Shown one piece after another: positions 23,471 to 35,384 of a stretch of DNA of 64,000 nucleotides. The position numbers and the translations under genes were made by a program. The notes below the pieces were generated by a model, which worked only from the letters and a program-made list of their open reading frames with translations, was not told the DNA's origin and did not search any database. The DNA comes from Escherichia coli (GTDB lineage: Bacteria > Pseudomonadota > Gammaproteobacteria > Enterobacterales > Enterobacteriaceae), in NCBI RefSeq assembly GCF_036507355.1, contig NZ_AP027877.1. One strand, 5' to 3'. How positions within the stretch are numbered: the stretch's first letter is position 1; each line of letters starts with the position of its first letter.

Positions 23471-23758
23471 ATGAATAACCATTTTGGTAAAGGCTTAATG
23501 GCGGGATTAAAAGCAACGCATGCCGACAGTGCGGTTAATGTGACAAAATTCTGTGCCGATTATAAACGCGGTTTTGTATTAGGCTACTCACACCGGATGT
23601 ACGAAAAGACCGGAGATCGCCAGCTTAGCGCCTGGGAAGCGGGTATTCTGACGCGCCGCTATGGACTGGATAAAGAGATGGTAATGGATTTCTTTCGTGA
23701 GAATAATTCCTGTTCTACGTTGCGCTTTTTTATGGCCGGTTATCGCCTCGAAAATTGA
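23471..23758 (+). CDS. yghW: DUF2623 protein YghW
   Basis: 95-aa [30 protein letters not shown]...; recognised as YghW. Confidence 0.85.
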
Positions 23759-23946
23759 TCAAACATACGTATTATCTTGCTTTAATTAATTACACTAATG
23801 CTTCTTCCCTTCGTTTTAGCGCCCCGCCGCAGTATCATGATATCGATAACCATAATAAATGTGTGGTAAATGGCGCATCGATCGCATTATTGATTTTGCG
23901 ATTGAGGCAAAATATATGCCAGGTCTTCGCAACGGAATAACTATAA

Positions 23947-25065
23947 ATGACTGGAGATAACACCCTCATCCATTCTCACGGCATTAACCGTCGTGATTTC
24001 ATGAAGCTTTGTGCAGCATTAGCCGCCACCATGGGGTTAAGTAGCAAAGCCGCTGCAGAGATGGCCGAATCGGTTACTAACCCGCAGCGTCCGCCAGTTA
24101 TCTGGATTGGCGCTCAGGAGTGCACCGGTTGTACGGAATCTCTGCTTCGTGCAACGCATCCAACGGTAGAAAATCTCGTGCTGGAGACTATCTCTCTGGA
24201 ATATCACGAAGTGCTTTCCGCCGCCTTCGGTCATCAGGTCGAAGAGAACAAACATAACGCTCTCGAGAAGTACAAAGGGCAGTATGTGTTAGTGGTGGAT
24301 GGTTCCATCCCATTAAAAGATAACGGTATTTATTGCATGGTTGCCGGTGAGCCGATTGTGGATCACATCCGCAAAGCGGCGGAAGGCGCAGCAGCCATTA
24401 TCGCTATCGGTTCCTGCTCCGCGTGGGGCGGTGTTGCCGCAGCTGGAGTTAACCCAACTGGCGCAGTCAGCCTGCAAGAAGTTCTGCCAGGCAAAACCGT
24501 TATCAATATTCCGGGCTGCCCGCCGAACCCGCACAACTTCCTCGCGACCGTTGCGCACATCATCACTTACGGCAAACCGCCGAAACTGGATGACAAAAAC
24601 CGTCCGACCTTCGCCTATGGCCGTCTGATTCACGAACACTGCGAACGTCGCCCGCACTTCGATGCTGGTCGTTTTGCCAAAGAGTTCGGTGATGAAGGCC
24701 ACCGCGAAGGCTGGTGCCTGTACCACCTCGGCTGTAAAGGGCCAGAAACTTACGGCAACTGCTCAACGCTGCAATTCTGCGATGTTGGCGGTGTGTGGCC
24801 GGTGGCGATTGGTCACCCGTGCTATGGCTGTAACGAAGAAGGTATCGGCTTCCATAAAGGCATCCATCAGCTTGCCAACGTCGAAAATCAGACTCCGCGT
24901 TCACAGAAACCGGATGTTAACGCTAAAGAGGGCGGCAACGTCTCTGCAGGCGCTATTGGTTTGCTCGGCGGTGTGGTTGGGCTGGTTGCCGGTGTCAGCG
25001 TGATGGCGGTGCGTGAACTGGGTCGTCAGCAAAAGAAAGATAACGCTGACTCACGGGGAGAATAA
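23947..25065 (+). CDS. hybO: Hydrogenase 2 small subunit (Tat signal)
   Basis: 372-aa ORF with RRDFMK twin-arginine motif and Fe-S cysteine ligands; recognised as HybO. Confidence 0.95.
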   Translation: MTGDNTLIHSHGINRRDFMKLCAALAATMGLSSKAAAEMAESVTNPQRPPVIWIGAQECTGCTESLLRATHPTVENLVLETISLEYHEVLSAAFGHQVEENKHNALEKYKGQYVLVVDGSIPLKDNGIYCMVAGEPIVDHIRKAAEGAAAIIAIGSCSAWGGVAAAGVNPTGAVSLQEVLPGKTVINIPGCPPNPHNFLATVAHIITYGKPPKLDDKNRPTFAYGRLIHEHCERRPHFDAGRFAKEFGDEGHREGWCLYHLGCKGPETYGNCSTLQFCDVGGVWPVAIGHPCYGCNEEGIGFHKGIHQLANVENQTPRSQKPDVNAKEGGNVSAGAIGLLGGVVGLVAGVSVMAVRELGRQQKKDNADSRGE

Positions 25066-25067
25066 CC

Positions 25068-26054
25068 GTGAACAGACGTAATTTTATTAAAGCAGCCTCC
25101 TGCGGGGCATTGCTGACGGGCGCGCTGCCGTCTGTCAGTCATGCGGCTGCTGAAAACCGCCCGCCAATTCCGGGATCGCTGGGGATGTTGTACGACTCGA
25201 CCTTGTGCGTAGGCTGCCAGGCTTGCGTCACCAAGTGTCAGGATATCAACTTCCCTGAACGTAACCCGCAAGGGGAACAGACCTGGTCGAACAACGACAA
25301 ACTGTCGCCGTATACCAATAACATCATTCAGGTGTGGACCAGCGGCACAGGGGTCAACAAAGACCAGGAGGAGAACGGCTACGCGTACATTAAGAAACAG
25401 TGTATGCACTGCGTCGATCCGAACTGTGTCTCTGTGTGCCCGGTCTCTGCACTGAAAAAAGATCCGAAAACCGGCATTGTCCATTACGACAAAGACGTGT
25501 GCACCGGTTGCCGTTACTGCATGGTCGCCTGTCCGTACAACGTGCCGAAGTACGACTACAACAACCCGTTTGGTGCGCTGCATAAGTGCGAGCTGTGCAA
25601 CCAGAAAGGTGTGGAACGTCTCGATAAAGGCGGTCTGCCTGGCTGCGTAGAAGTGTGCCCGGCGGGCGCGGTGATTTTCGGTACGCGTGAAGAGCTGATG
25701 GCGGAGGCGAAAAAACGTCTGGCGCTGAAGCCTGGCAGCGAATACCACTATCCGCGTCAGACGCTGAAATCTGGCGACACTTACCTGCATACGGTGCCGA
25801 AATATTATCCGCATCTGTACGGCGAGAAAGAGGGCGGCGGTACTCAGGTTCTGGTACTGACGGGTGTGCCTTATGAAAATCTCGACCTGCCGAAACTGGA
25901 CGATCTTTCTACCGGTGCGCGTTCCGAAAATATTCAACACACCCTGTATAAAGGCATGATGCTACCACTGGCTGTGCTGGCGGGCTTAACCGTGCTGGTT
26001 CGTCGCAACACCAAAAACGACCATCACGACGGAGGAGACGATCATGAGTCATGA
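25068..26054 (+). CDS. hybA: Hydrogenase 2 ferredoxin-type Fe-S subunit
   Basis: 328-aa ORF from GTG; RRNFIK Tat motif; multiple CxxCxxCxxxCP 4Fe-4S motifs; recognised as HybA. Confidence 0.95.
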
Positions 26055-27222
26055 TCCACAACCGCTGGGCGGCAAAATCATCAGTAAACCGGTCATGATT
26101 TTTGGACCGTTAATCGTCATCTGTATGCTCCTGATTGTGAAGCGTCTGGTGTTCGGTCTGGGCTCTGTCTCCGACCTGAACGGCGGCTTTCCGTGGGGCG
26201 TGTGGATCGCGTTTGACCTGCTGATCGGCACCGGCTTTGCCTGTGGCGGCTGGGCGCTGGCGTGGGCGGTATACGTCTTTAACCGTGGGCAATACCATCC
26301 GCTGGTGCGTCCGGCGCTGTTGGCGAGTCTGTTTGGTTACTCACTGGGTGGCTTGTCGATCACTATCGACGTGGGTCGCTACTGGAACCTGCCGTACTTC
26401 TACATTCCGGGTCACTTCAACGTGAACTCGGTACTGTTCGAGACGGCGGTCTGTATGACCATCTACATCGGCGTGATGGCTCTGGAGTTTGCTCCGGCAC
26501 TGTTTGAACGTCTGGGCTGGAAGGTGTCGCTACAGCGTCTGAACAAGGTGATGTTCTTCATCATCGCGCTCGGTGCGCTGCTGCCGACCATGCACCAGTC
26601 TTCAATGGGGTCGCTGATGATCTCGGCGGGCTACAAGGTGCATCCGCTGTGGCAGAGCTATGAAATGTTGCCGCTGTTCTCGCTGCTGACGGCGTTCATC
26701 ATGGGCTTCTCGATTGTCATCTTTGAAGGTTCACTGGTGCAGGCGGGTCTGCGTGGCAACGGTCCGGATGAAAAGAGCCTGTTCGTCAAGCTGACCAACA
26801 CCATCAGTGTGTTGCTGGCGATTTTCATCGTGCTGCGCTTTGGCGAGCTTATCTATCGCGACAAGCTGTCGTTAGCGTTTGCCGGTGACTTCTACTCCGT
26901 GATGTTCTGGATTGAAGTCCTGCTGATGCTCTTCCCGCTGGTCGTTCTGCGTGTGGCGAAGCTGCGTAATGATTCCCGCATGCTGTTCCTGTCAGCACTG
27001 AGCGCACTGTTAGGTTGTGCAACCTGGCGTCTGACCTATTCGCTGGTGGCATTCAACCCGGGCGGCGGTTACGCCTACTTCCCGACCTGGGAAGAACTGT
27101 TGATTTCTATTGGTTTTGTGGCTATTGAGATTTGCGCTTACATCGTACTCATTCGTCTACTGCCGATACTTCCTCCTTTAAAACAAAACGATCATAATCG
27201 TCATGAGGCGAGCAAAGCATGA
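26044..27222 (+). CDS. hybB: Hydrogenase 2 integral membrane subunit
   Basis: 392-aa polytopic membrane ORF overlapping the hybA end; recognised as HybB. Confidence 0.95.
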
Positions 27223-28922
27223 GCCAGAGAATTACTATTGATCCGGTAACCCGTATTGAGGGGCATTTACGCATCGATTGCGAAATCGAAAATGGCGTCG
27301 TTTCGAAAGCATGGGCTTCCGGTACCATGTGGCGCGGCATGGAAGAGATCGTGAAAAACCGCGATCCGCGCGATGCATGGATGATTGTGCAACGTATCTG
27401 TGGCGTATGTACTACCACTCACGCGCTGTCTTCCGTTCGTGCGGCAGAAAGTGCGCTGAATATCAACGTTCCGGTTAACGCGCAATACATCCGTAACATC
27501 ATTCTGGCTGCGCACACCACGCATGACCATATCGTTCATTTCTATCAGCTTTCGGCGCTGGACTGGGTGGACATCACTTCTGCACTGCAAGCTGACCCAA
27601 CCAAAGCCTCCGAAATGCTGAAAGGCGTTTCGACCTGGCATCTGAACAGTCCGGAAGAGTTCACTAAAGTTCAGAACAAGATCAAAGATCTGGTTGCCAG
27701 CGGTCAGTTGGGTATTTTCGCCAATGGCTACTGGGGTCACCCGGCGATGAAACTGCCGCCGGAAGTGAACCTGATTGCGGTAGCGCACTACCTGCAGGCG
27801 CTGGAGTGCCAGCGTGACGCTAACCGCGTCGTGGCGCTGCTGGGCGGTAAAACGCCGCACATTCAGAACCTGGCGGTAGGTGGTGTCGCGAACCCGATCA
27901 ACCTCGACGGTTTGGGCGTGCTGAACCTTGAGCGCCTGATGTACATCAAGTCTTTCATCGACAAGCTGAGCGACTTTGTTGAACAGGTTTATAAGGTTGA
28001 TACCGCAGTTATTGCCGCGTTCTACCCGGAATGGCTGACGCGCGGTAAAGGTGCGGTGAACTACCTGAGCGTGCCGGAATTCCCGACCGACAGTAAAAAC
28101 GGCAGCTTCCTGTTCCCGGGCGGCTACATTGAGAATGCGGATCTGTCCTCGTATCGTCCGATCACTTCTCATTCCGATGAATACCTGATCAAAGGCATTC
28201 AGGAAAGCGCGAAGCACTCCTGGTATAAAGACGAAGCGCCGCAGGCACCGTGGGAAGGTACCACCATTCCGGCTTATGATGGTTGGTCTGACGACGGGAA
28301 ATATTCCTGGGTGAAATCACCGACTTTCTACGGCAAAACGGTAGAAGTGGGTCCGCTGGCTAATATGCTGGTGAAACTGGCGGCAGGTCGCGAATCTACC
28401 CAGAACAAACTGAATGAAATCGTTGCGATTTATCAGAAACTGACTGGTAACACGCTGGAAGTGGAGCAACTGCACTCTACGCTGGGCCGTATTATTGGTC
28501 GTACCGTTCACTGCTGTGAATTGCAGGATATCCTGCAAAACCAATACAGTGCACTGATCACCAATATCGGCAAAGGCGATCACACCACCTTTGTGAAGCC
28601 GAACATTCCGGCAACGGGTGAGTTCAAAGGTGTTGGCTTCCTCGAAGCGCCGCGCGGTATGCTCTCTCACTGGATGGTTATTAAAGACGGTATCATCAGC
28701 AACTACCAGGCGGTTGTTCCATCAACCTGGAACTCTGGTCCGCGTAACTTCAATGATGACGTCGGTCCTTACGAGCAGTCGCTGGTGGGTACACCGGTTG
28801 CCGATCCGAATAAACCGCTGGAAGTGGTGCGTACCATTCACTCCTTCGACCCGTGCATGGCCTGTGCGGTACACGTAGTGGATGCTGACGGCAACGAAGT
28901 GGTTTCAGTGAAGGTTCTGTAA
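27219..28922 (+). CDS. hybC: Hydrogenase 2 large subunit ([NiFe])
   Basis: 567-aa ORF; N-terminal RICGVCTTTH and C-terminal DPCMACAVH Ni-binding motifs; start overlaps hybB stop (ATGA). Confidence 0.97.
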   Translation: MSQRITIDPVTRIEGHLRIDCEIENGVVSKAWASGTMWRGMEEIVKNRDPRDAWMIVQRICGVCTTTHALSSVRAAESALNINVPVNAQYIRNIILAAHTTHDHIVHFYQLSALDWVDITSALQADPTKASEMLKGVSTWHLNSPEEFTKVQNKIKDLVASGQLGIFANGYWGHPAMKLPPEVNLIAVAHYLQALECQRDANRVVALLGGKTPHIQNLAVGGVANPINLDGLGVLNLERLMYIKSFIDKLSDFVEQVYKVDTAVIAAFYPEWLTRGKGAVNYLSVPEFPTDSKNGSFLFPGGYIENADLSSYRPITSHSDEYLIKGIQESAKHSWYKDEAPQAPWEGTTIPAYDGWSDDGKYSWVKSPTFYGKTVEVGPLANMLVKLAAGRESTQNKLNEIVAIYQKLTGNTLEVEQLHSTLGRIIGRTVHCCELQDILQNQYSALITNIGKGDHTTFVKPNIPATGEFKGVGFLEAPRGMLSHWMVIKDGIISNYQAVVPSTWNSGPRNFNDDVGPYEQSLVGTPVADPNKPLEVVRTIHSFDPCMACAVHVVDADGNEVVSVKVL

Positions 28923-29416
28923 TGCGTATTTTAGTCTTAGGGGTCGGCAATATTTTGCTGACCGATGAAGCCATCGGTGTGCGGATTGTCGAAGCGTTAG
29001 AGCAACGATACATTCTGCCGGATTATGTTGAGATCCTCGATGGCGGCACGGCGGGAATGGAGCTGCTTGGCGACATGGCAAATCGCGATCATCTGATTAT
29101 TGCGGATGCCATTGTGTCGAAGAAGAGCGCGCCGGGAACGATGATGATCCTGCGGGATGAAGAAGTTCCGGCGTTGTTTACCAACAAAATCTCTCCGCAT
29201 CAGCTTGGCCTGGCCGACGTCTTGTCGGCCCTGCGCTTCACCGGCGAGTTTCCGAAAAAGCTGACCCTGGTCGGCGTAATTCCGGAATCGCTGGAGCCAC
29301 ACATCGGCTTAACGCCGACGGTTGAAGCAATGATTGAACCTGCGCTTGAGCAGGTTCTGGCTGCGCTGCGCGAATCAGGCGTGGAAGCCATCCCACGGGA
29401 GGAAGCTCATGACTGA
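28922..29416 (+). CDS. hybD: Hydrogenase 2 maturation endopeptidase
   Basis: 164-aa ORF MRILVLGVGNILLTDEAIGVRIVE...; recognised as HybD. Confidence 0.95.
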   Translation: MRILVLGVGNILLTDEAIGVRIVEALEQRYILPDYVEILDGGTAGMELLGDMANRDHLIIADAIVSKKSAPGTMMILRDEEVPALFTNKISPHQLGLADVLSALRFTGEFPKKLTLVGVIPESLEPHIGLTPTVEAMIEPALEQVLAALRESGVEAIPREEAHD

Positions 29417-29897
29417 AGAGATAGCAGGCTTCCAGACCTCCCCGAAGGCGCAAGTACAGGCAGCATTTGAAGAAATTGCCCGGCGTTCGATGCACGATCT
29501 CTCTTTTCTGCATCCTTCAATGCCGGTGTATGTTTCTGATTTTACGCTGTTCGAAGGTCAGTGGACGGGGTGTGTGATCACCCCGTGGATGCTGAGTGCG
29601 GTTATCTTCCCCGGCCCGGATCAACTCTGGCCGCTGCGCAAAGTGAGTGAAAAAATTGGTCTGCAACTGCCGTATGGCACCATGACCTTTACCGTTGGCG
29701 AACTGGACGGTGTTTCGCAATACCTCTCCTGTTCGCTGATGTCACCGCTTTCGCACAGTATGTCGATTGAAGAGGGCCAACGCCTGACGGATGACTGCGC
29801 ACGAATGATCCTTTCACTGCCAGTCACGAATCCGGATGTACCACACGCAGGGCGTCGCGCCCTGCTGTTTGGTCGCAGGAGTGGCGAAAATGCATGA
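29409..29897 (+). CDS. hybE: Hydrogenase 2-specific chaperone
   Basis: ORF 29334-29897 trimmed to ATG 29409 (MTEEIAGFQTSPKAQ..., 162 aa); recognised as HybE. Confidence 0.9.
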   Translation: MTEEIAGFQTSPKAQVQAAFEEIARRSMHDLSFLHPSMPVYVSDFTLFEGQWTGCVITPWMLSAVIFPGPDQLWPLRKVSEKIGLQLPYGTMTFTVGELDGVSQYLSCSLMSPLSHSMSIEEGQRLTDDCARMILSLPVTNPDVPHAGRRALLFGRRSGENA

Positions 29898-30231
29898 GTT
29901 GTCGCTTTGCCAGAGTGCCGTTGAAATTATCCAACGGCAGGCGGAGCAGCACGATGTTAAGCGCGTCACCGCCGTGTGGCTGGAAATTGGCGCGCTCTCC
30001 TGCGTTGAGGAGAGCGCCGTCCGTTTTAGTTTTGAAATTGTCTGCCACGGAACGGTGGCGCAAGGGTGCGATTTACATATCGTCTATAAACCCGCCCAGG
30101 CCTGGTGCTGGGATTGCAGCCAGGTGGTGGAGATTCATCAGCACGATGCGCAGTGTCCGCTCTGTCACGGCGAGCGGTTGCGTGTCGATACCGGCGATTC
30201 GCTGATCGTCAAAAGTATTGAAGTTGAATAA
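29890..30231 (+). CDS. hybF: Hydrogenase nickel-incorporation protein (HypA paralog)
   Basis: ORF 29836-30231 trimmed to ATG 29890 (MHELSLCQSAVEII..., 113 aa); CxxC...CxxC zinc motif. Confidence 0.9.
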   Translation: MHELSLCQSAVEIIQRQAEQHDVKRVTAVWLEIGALSCVEESAVRFSFEIVCHGTVAQGCDLHIVYKPAQAWCWDCSQVVEIHQHDAQCPLCHGERLRVDTGDSLIVKSIEVE

Positions 30232-30243
30232 CCGGAGTTAACA

Positions 30244-30492
30244 ATGTGTATTGGCGTTCCAGGCCAGGTGCTGGCTGTCGGTGAAGATATTCACCAGCTT
30301 GCGCAGGTTGAAGTATGTGGTATCAAGCGCGACGTGAATATCGCCCTGATTTGTGAAGGTAACCCTGCCGATCTACTGGGCCAGTGGGTGCTGGTACACG
30401 TCGGATTTGCCATGAGCATCATCGACGAAGATGAAGCCAAAGCCACATTAGACGCACTGCGCCAAATGGATTACGACATTACCAGCGCGTGA
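30244..30492 (+). CDS. hybG: Hydrogenase maturation factor (HypC paralog)
   Basis: 82-aa [35 protein letters not shown]...; N-terminal MC motif typical of HypC/HybG. Confidence 0.9.
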
Positions 30493-30494
30493 TG

Positions 30495-30612
30495 ATTAGC
30501 TTTCGTAGGTCTGATAAGACGCGGCAGCGTCGCATCAGGCATTGTGCTCGATTGCCGGATGCGGCGTGAACGCCTTATCCGGCCTGGATGGCTTGCTGCG
30601 ACGAACGCTAAC
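30495..30612. repeat. REP element pair between hybG and yghU
   Basis: GTAGGTCTGATAAGACGCGGCAGCGTCGCATCAGGC ... GCCGGATGCGGCGTGAACGCCTTATCCGGCCTGGA are REP-consensus palindromes. Confidence 0.7.
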
Positions 30613-30614
30613 CC

Positions 30615-31481
30615 TTACCCCTGACGCTTATCTTCCGTATTCGTCTCAAAATCACTGGCGTCATGGCGCTCATGCAACTGCTCGTTCAGCGGCCCGTTGG
30701 TGCGGTTAACAATACGCCCACGTTTCACCGCCGGACGTTCGCCCACTTCTTTTGCCCAGCGTTGCACATGCTTATAACTGCCCGCATCAAGAAACTCTGC
30801 GGCATCATATACGCCGCCTAATACCACATTGCCAAACCACGGCCAAATCGCCATATCCGCAATGGTGTACTCATCGCCCGCAACAAACTTATGCTGCGCC
30901 AGTTGCTTATCCAGCACGTCGAGCAGACGTTTGGCTTCCATGGTAAAGCGATTGATGGCGTACTCAATTTTCACCGGCGCGTAATGGTAAAAGTGACCAA
31001 AACCACCGCCGAGGAACGGCGCGGCACCCTGTAGCCAGAACAGCCAGTTCATTGCTTCAGTACGTTTAGCCAGATCCTGCGGCAAGAAGTAGCCAAATTT
31101 TTCTGCCAGATAAAGCAGGATCGAACCAGACTCAAACACGCGGATCGGCGGATTATGCGTATGATCGCGCAGCGCCGGGATCTTCGAGTTTGGGTTCACT
31201 TCGACAAAGCCGCTGGAGAATTGATCGCCATCGCCTATGCGTATCAGCCAGGCGTCGTACTCTGCACCAGTAACGCCCAGCGCCAGCAGCTCCTCAAGCA
31301 TAATCGTTACTTTCTGACCGTTCGGCGTTCCCAGCGAATAAAGTTGCAATGGATGTTTGCCAACGGGCAGCGTTTTTTCATGCGTCGGACCAGAAACCGG
31401 GCGATTGATATTGGCGAACGCGCCGCCAGCGGATTTATCCCACGTCCAGACTTTCGCGGGCTGATAAGTATTGTCTGTCAT
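30615..31481 (-). CDS. yghU: Glutathione S-transferase-like protein YghU
   Basis: ORF 30615-31529 trimmed to ATG 31479-31481 (MTDNTYQPAKVWTWDKS..., 288 aa); recognised as YghU. Confidence 0.9.
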   Translation of the reverse strand: MTDNTYQPAKVWTWDKSAGGAFANINRPVSGPTHEKTLPVGKHPLQLYSLGTPNGQKVTIMLEELLALGVTGAEYDAWLIRIGDGDQFSSGFVEVNPNSKIPALRDHTHNPPIRVFESGSILLYLAEKFGYFLPQDLAKRTEAMNWLFWLQGAAPFLGGGFGHFYHYAPVKIEYAINRFTMEAKRLLDVLDKQLAQHKFVAGDEYTIADMAIWPWFGNVVLGGVYDAAEFLDAGSYKHVQRWAKEVGERPAVKRGRIVNRTNGPLNEQLHERHDASDFETNTEDKRQG

Positions 31482-31685
31482 AGTGAGTTGCCTTCTGAGT
31501 GGTAGTGTTGAAGCAGTGTAGCAGGTCACTTGCTGTACAGAATGTGAATTTTTTAACCCTTTGCGCCAGCCGCTGCGATGAGGTGTATGATTAGTCTGAC
31601 CTCTGTCCGGTTAATGTCGCTGAGCAGGTAATCAGAGCACAACAATTACGCCAACTGCTTAGGTTGTATTGTTAAAGGTAAAGTG

Positions 31686-33545
31686 ATGAGCAAAGGAACG
31701 ACCAGCCAGGATGCCCCGTTCGGGACATTATTGGGCTACGCCCCAGGTGGGGTAGCAATCTACTCTTCAGATTACAGTTCTCTCGATCCGCAGGAATACG
31801 AAGATGACGCCGTATTCCGTAGCTATATCGACGACGAATATATGGGCCACAAATGGCAATGCGTTGAATTTGCTCGCCGTTTTCTCTTTCTGAACTACGG
31901 TGTGGTCTTTACTGACGTGGGTATGGCGTGGGAGATTTTCTCGCTGCGCTTCCTGCGTGAAGTGGTTAATGACAACATCCTGCCATTGCAGGCATTTCCT
32001 AACGGCTCGCCGCGTGCGCCGGTCGCGGGTGCGCTTCTTATCTGGGATAAAGGCGGTGAATTTAAAGACACTGGCCATGTCGCCATCATTACCCAATTAC
32101 ATGGCAACAAAGTCCGTATTGCGGAACAGAACGTGATTCATTCCCCGTTGCCGCAAGGGCAACAGTGGACGCGCGAACTGGAGATGGTGGTCGAAAACGG
32201 CTGCTATACCCTTAAAGATACTTTTGATGATACCACCATTCTGGGCTGGATGATCCAGACGGAAGATACTGAATACAGCTTACCGCAGCCGGAAATTGCA
32301 GGCGAGCTGCTGAAAATCAGCGGAGCGCGCCTGGAAAACAAAGGCCAGTTTGACGGTAAATGGCTGGATGAAAAAGATCCGCTACAAAACGCCTATGTGC
32401 AGGCCAACGGTCAGGTGATCAATCAGGATCCGTATCATTATTACACCATTACCGAGAGCGCCGAGCAGGAGCTGATTAAAGCCACCAACGAGCTGCACCT
32501 GATGTATCTTCACGCAACCGACAAGGTGCTGAAAGATGACAACCTGCTGGCGCTGTTCGACATTCCGAAAATCCTCTGGCCACGTTTGCGTCTCTCCTGG
32601 CAGCGTCGCCGTCACCATATGATCACCGGTCGTATGGATTTCTGCATGGATGAGCGTGGTCTGAAGGTTTACGAGTACAACGCCGACTCCGCCTCATGTC
32701 ATACCGAAGCGGGCTTGATCCTCGAACGTTGGGCGGAGCAGGGCTATAAAGGCAACGGCTTCAATCCGGCGGAAGGGCTGATTAACGAACTGGCTGGTGC
32801 CTGGAAACACAGTCGTGCACGTCCGTTTGTCCATATCATGCAGGACAAAGATATCGAGGAAAACTATCACGCGCAGTTTATGGAGCAGGCGCTGCACCAG
32901 GCGGGCTTTGAAACGCGTATCTTGCGCGGGCTGGATGAACTGGGCTGGGATGCTGCCGGGCAACTGATTGATGGGGAAGGGCGACTGGTTAACTGCGTGT
33001 GGAAAACCTGGGCGTGGGAAACCGCGTTTGATCAGATTCGTGAAGTTAGCGACCGTGAGTTTGCTGCGGTGCCAATCCGTACCGGTCATCCGCAAAACGA
33101 AGTGCGTCTTATCGACGTATTGCTGCGCCCGGAAGTGCTGGTCTTTGAGCCGCTGTGGACGGTGATCCCCGGCAACAAAGCGATTCTGCCGATCCTCTGG
33201 TCGCTGTTCCCGCACCATCGTTACCTGCTGGATACCGATTTCACTGTTAATGATGAATTGGTGAAAACAGGTTACGCAGTGAAACCGATTGCCGGTCGCT
33301 GTGGTAGCAATATCGACCTGGTCAGCCATCATGAAGAGGTGCTGGACAAAACCAGCGGTAAATTTGCCGAGCAGAAAAACATCTATCAGCAACTGTGGTG
33401 TTTGCCGAAAGTGGACGGGAAATACATTCAGGTATGTACCTTCACCGTTGGCGGCAACTACGGTGGGACGTGTTTGCGCGGTGATGAATCACTGGTTATT
33501 AAAAAAGAGAGTGATATTGAACCGTTAATTGTGGTGAAAGAGTAA
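31686..33545 (+). CDS. gss: Bifunctional glutathionylspermidine synthetase/amidase
   Basis: ORF 31683-33545; ATG at 31686 gives MSKGTTSQDAPFGTLLGYAP... (619 aa); CHAP amidase N-domain with Cys, ATP-grasp C-domain. Confidence 0.95.
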   Translation: MSKGTTSQDAPFGTLLGYAPGGVAIYSSDYSSLDPQEYEDDAVFRSYIDDEYMGHKWQCVEFARRFLFLNYGVVFTDVGMAWEIFSLRFLREVVNDNILPLQAFPNGSPRAPVAGALLIWDKGGEFKDTGHVAIITQLHGNKVRIAEQNVIHSPLPQGQQWTRELEMVVENGCYTLKDTFDDTTILGWMIQTEDTEYSLPQPEIAGELLKISGARLENKGQFDGKWLDEKDPLQNAYVQANGQVINQDPYHYYTITESAEQELIKATNELHLMYLHATDKVLKDDNLLALFDIPKILWPRLRLSWQRRRHHMITGRMDFCMDERGLKVYEYNADSASCHTEAGLILERWAEQGYKGNGFNPAEGLINELAGAWKHSRARPFVHIMQDKDIEENYHAQFMEQALHQAGFETRILRGLDELGWDAAGQLIDGEGRLVNCVWKTWAWETAFDQIREVSDREFAAVPIRTGHPQNEVRLIDVLLRPEVLVFEPLWTVIPGNKAILPILWSLFPHHRYLLDTDFTVNDELVKTGYAVKPIAGRCGSNIDLVSHHEEVLDKTSGKFAEQKNIYQQLWCLPKVDGKYIQVCTFTVGGNYGGTCLRGDESLVIKKESDIEPLIVVKE

Positions 33546-33558
33546 TACATGTTGTAGC

Positions 33559-33598
33559 AATCCCGTACTGATTATGAAGAATAGTCAGTACGGGGATT
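33559..33598. terminator. Stem-loop downstream of gss
   Basis: Near-perfect inverted repeat AATCCCGTACTGA ... TCAGTACGGGGATT; no strong T-run, so terminator function is uncertain. Confidence 0.35.
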
Positions 33599-33836
33599 AA
33601 TCAAAATATTCAATATTTATATATTCAAATATTTATTCATTTCATATGTGAATACATTAACCAGCAGAATGCCTGTGTTCTAATTATTTCTAAAGATTTT
33701 TAATGAATGCTTATTGTCTGATACACAAGAAATAACACTCTTTTTATCGTTAAAAAATGATATTTCACTTTGCCCACACCGTTAAAGTCACTGATAATGC
33801 GTCCGTTCGTAAATTCAAAATGGCGTAATCTAATAT

Positions 33837-35336
33837 ATGCTAAATTTATTTGTTGGCCTTGATATATACACAGGGCTTTTGTTATTACTTGCTCTGGCAT
33901 TTGTGTTGTTCTACGAAGCAATCAATGGTTTTCATGACACGGCGAATGCGGTGGCAACCGTTATTTATACTCGTGCCATGCAGCCACAGCTTGCCGTGGT
34001 GATGGCGGCATTTTTTAACTTTTTTGGCGTGTTATTGGGCGGACTTAGCGTTGCCTATGCCATTGTCCATATGTTGCCAACCGATTTGTTGCTGAATATG
34101 GGGTCAACCCACGGCCTGGCGATGGTCTTTTCCATGCTGCTGGCGGCGATTATCTGGAACCTGGGAACGTGGTTCTTCGGTTTACCGGCCTCCAGTTCGC
34201 ACACCTTGATTGGTGCGATTATCGGCATCGGTTTAACCAACGCGCTGTTAACCGGCTCATCGGTGATGGATGCGTTAAACCTGCGTGAAGTGACCAAAAT
34301 TTTCTCCTCGCTGATTGTTTCCCCTATCATCGGCCTGGTCATTGCGGGAGGCCTGATATTCCTGCTGCGCCGTTTCTGGAGCGGAACGAAAAAGCGTGAC
34401 CGTATTCACCGCATTCCGGAAGATCGCAAAAAGAAAAAAGGCAAACGTAAGCCGCCATTCTGGACGCGTATTGCGCTGATTGTTTCCGCTGCGGGCGTGG
34501 CGTTTTCGCACGGCGCTAACGACGGGCAGAAAGGGATCGGCCTGGTGATGCTGGTACTGGTGGGGATTGCCCCTGCTGGCTTCGTCGTCAATATGAACGC
34601 GTCCGGCTATGAAATTACCCGTACCCGCGATGCCGTTACCAACTTCGAACACTACCTGCAACAGCATCCTGAACTGCCGCAGAAGTTGATTGCGATGGAA
34701 CCTCCATTGCCTGCGGCATCGTCTGATGGCATGCAAGTAACGGAGTTTCACTGTCATCCGGCAAATACCTTTGATGCGATTGCGCGCGTTAAAACGATGC
34801 TGCCAGGCAATATGGAAAGTTACGAGCCGTTAAGCGTGAGTCAGCGCAGCCAGCTGCGCCGCATTATGCTGTGCATCTCTGATACCTCCGCGAAGCTGGC
34901 GAAACTGCCAGGCGTCAGTAAAGAAGACCAGAACCTGCTGAAAAAACTTCGCAGCGATATGTTAAGCACCATTGAGTACGCTCCGGTGTGGATCATCATG
35001 GCAGTAGCACTGGCGCTCGGCATTGGCACCATGATTGGCTGGCGTCGTGTTGCGATGACCATCGGTGAGAAGATTGGTAAGCGCGGCATGACGTATGCGC
35101 AAGGCATGGCGGCACAAATGACGGCGGCAGTGTCTATCGGTCTTGCCAGTTATATTGGGATGCCCGTCTCCACAACACACGTCCTCTCGTCTGCAGTTGC
35201 AGGGACGATGGTGGTGGACGGCGGTGGGTTACAGCGTAAAACGGTAACCAGCATCCTGATGGCGTGGGTATTTACTTTACCGGCGGCGATTTTTCTTTCT
35301 GGTGGGCTGTACTGGATAGCATTGCAGTTGATTTAA
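33837..35336 (+). CDS. pitB: Low-affinity inorganic phosphate transporter PitB
   Basis: 499-aa polytopic [42 protein letters not shown]...; recognised as PitB. Confidence 0.95.
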   Translation: MLNLFVGLDIYTGLLLLLALAFVLFYEAINGFHDTANAVATVIYTRAMQPQLAVVMAAFFNFFGVLLGGLSVAYAIVHMLPTDLLLNMGSTHGLAMVFSMLLAAIIWNLGTWFFGLPASSSHTLIGAIIGIGLTNALLTGSSVMDALNLREVTKIFSSLIVSPIIGLVIAGGLIFLLRRFWSGTKKRDRIHRIPEDRKKKKGKRKPPFWTRIALIVSAAGVAFSHGANDGQKGIGLVMLVLVGIAPAGFVVNMNASGYEITRTRDAVTNFEHYLQQHPELPQKLIAMEPPLPAASSDGMQVTEFHCHPANTFDAIARVKTMLPGNMESYEPLSVSQRSQLRRIMLCISDTSAKLAKLPGVSKEDQNLLKKLRSDMLSTIEYAPVWIIMAVALALGIGTMIGWRRVAMTIGEKIGKRGMTYAQGMAAQMTAAVSIGLASYIGMPVSTTHVLSSAVAGTMVVDGGGLQRKTVTSILMAWVFTLPAAIFLSGGLYWIALQLI

Positions 35337-35384
35337 CCTTCCTGAAAATGCCCGGTCCTGGCGATCGGGCATTTCCATTTTTGG

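Noticed and set aside
25026-25940. 304-aa minus-strand ORF across hybO/hybA
   Set aside because: Antisense to the hyb operon; Arg-rich shadow ORF.
27267-28217. 316-aa minus-strand ORF inside hybC
   Set aside because: Antisense to the hydrogenase large subunit; shadow ORF.
32694-33392. 232-aa minus-strand ORF inside gss
   Set aside because: Antisense to gss; shadow ORF.
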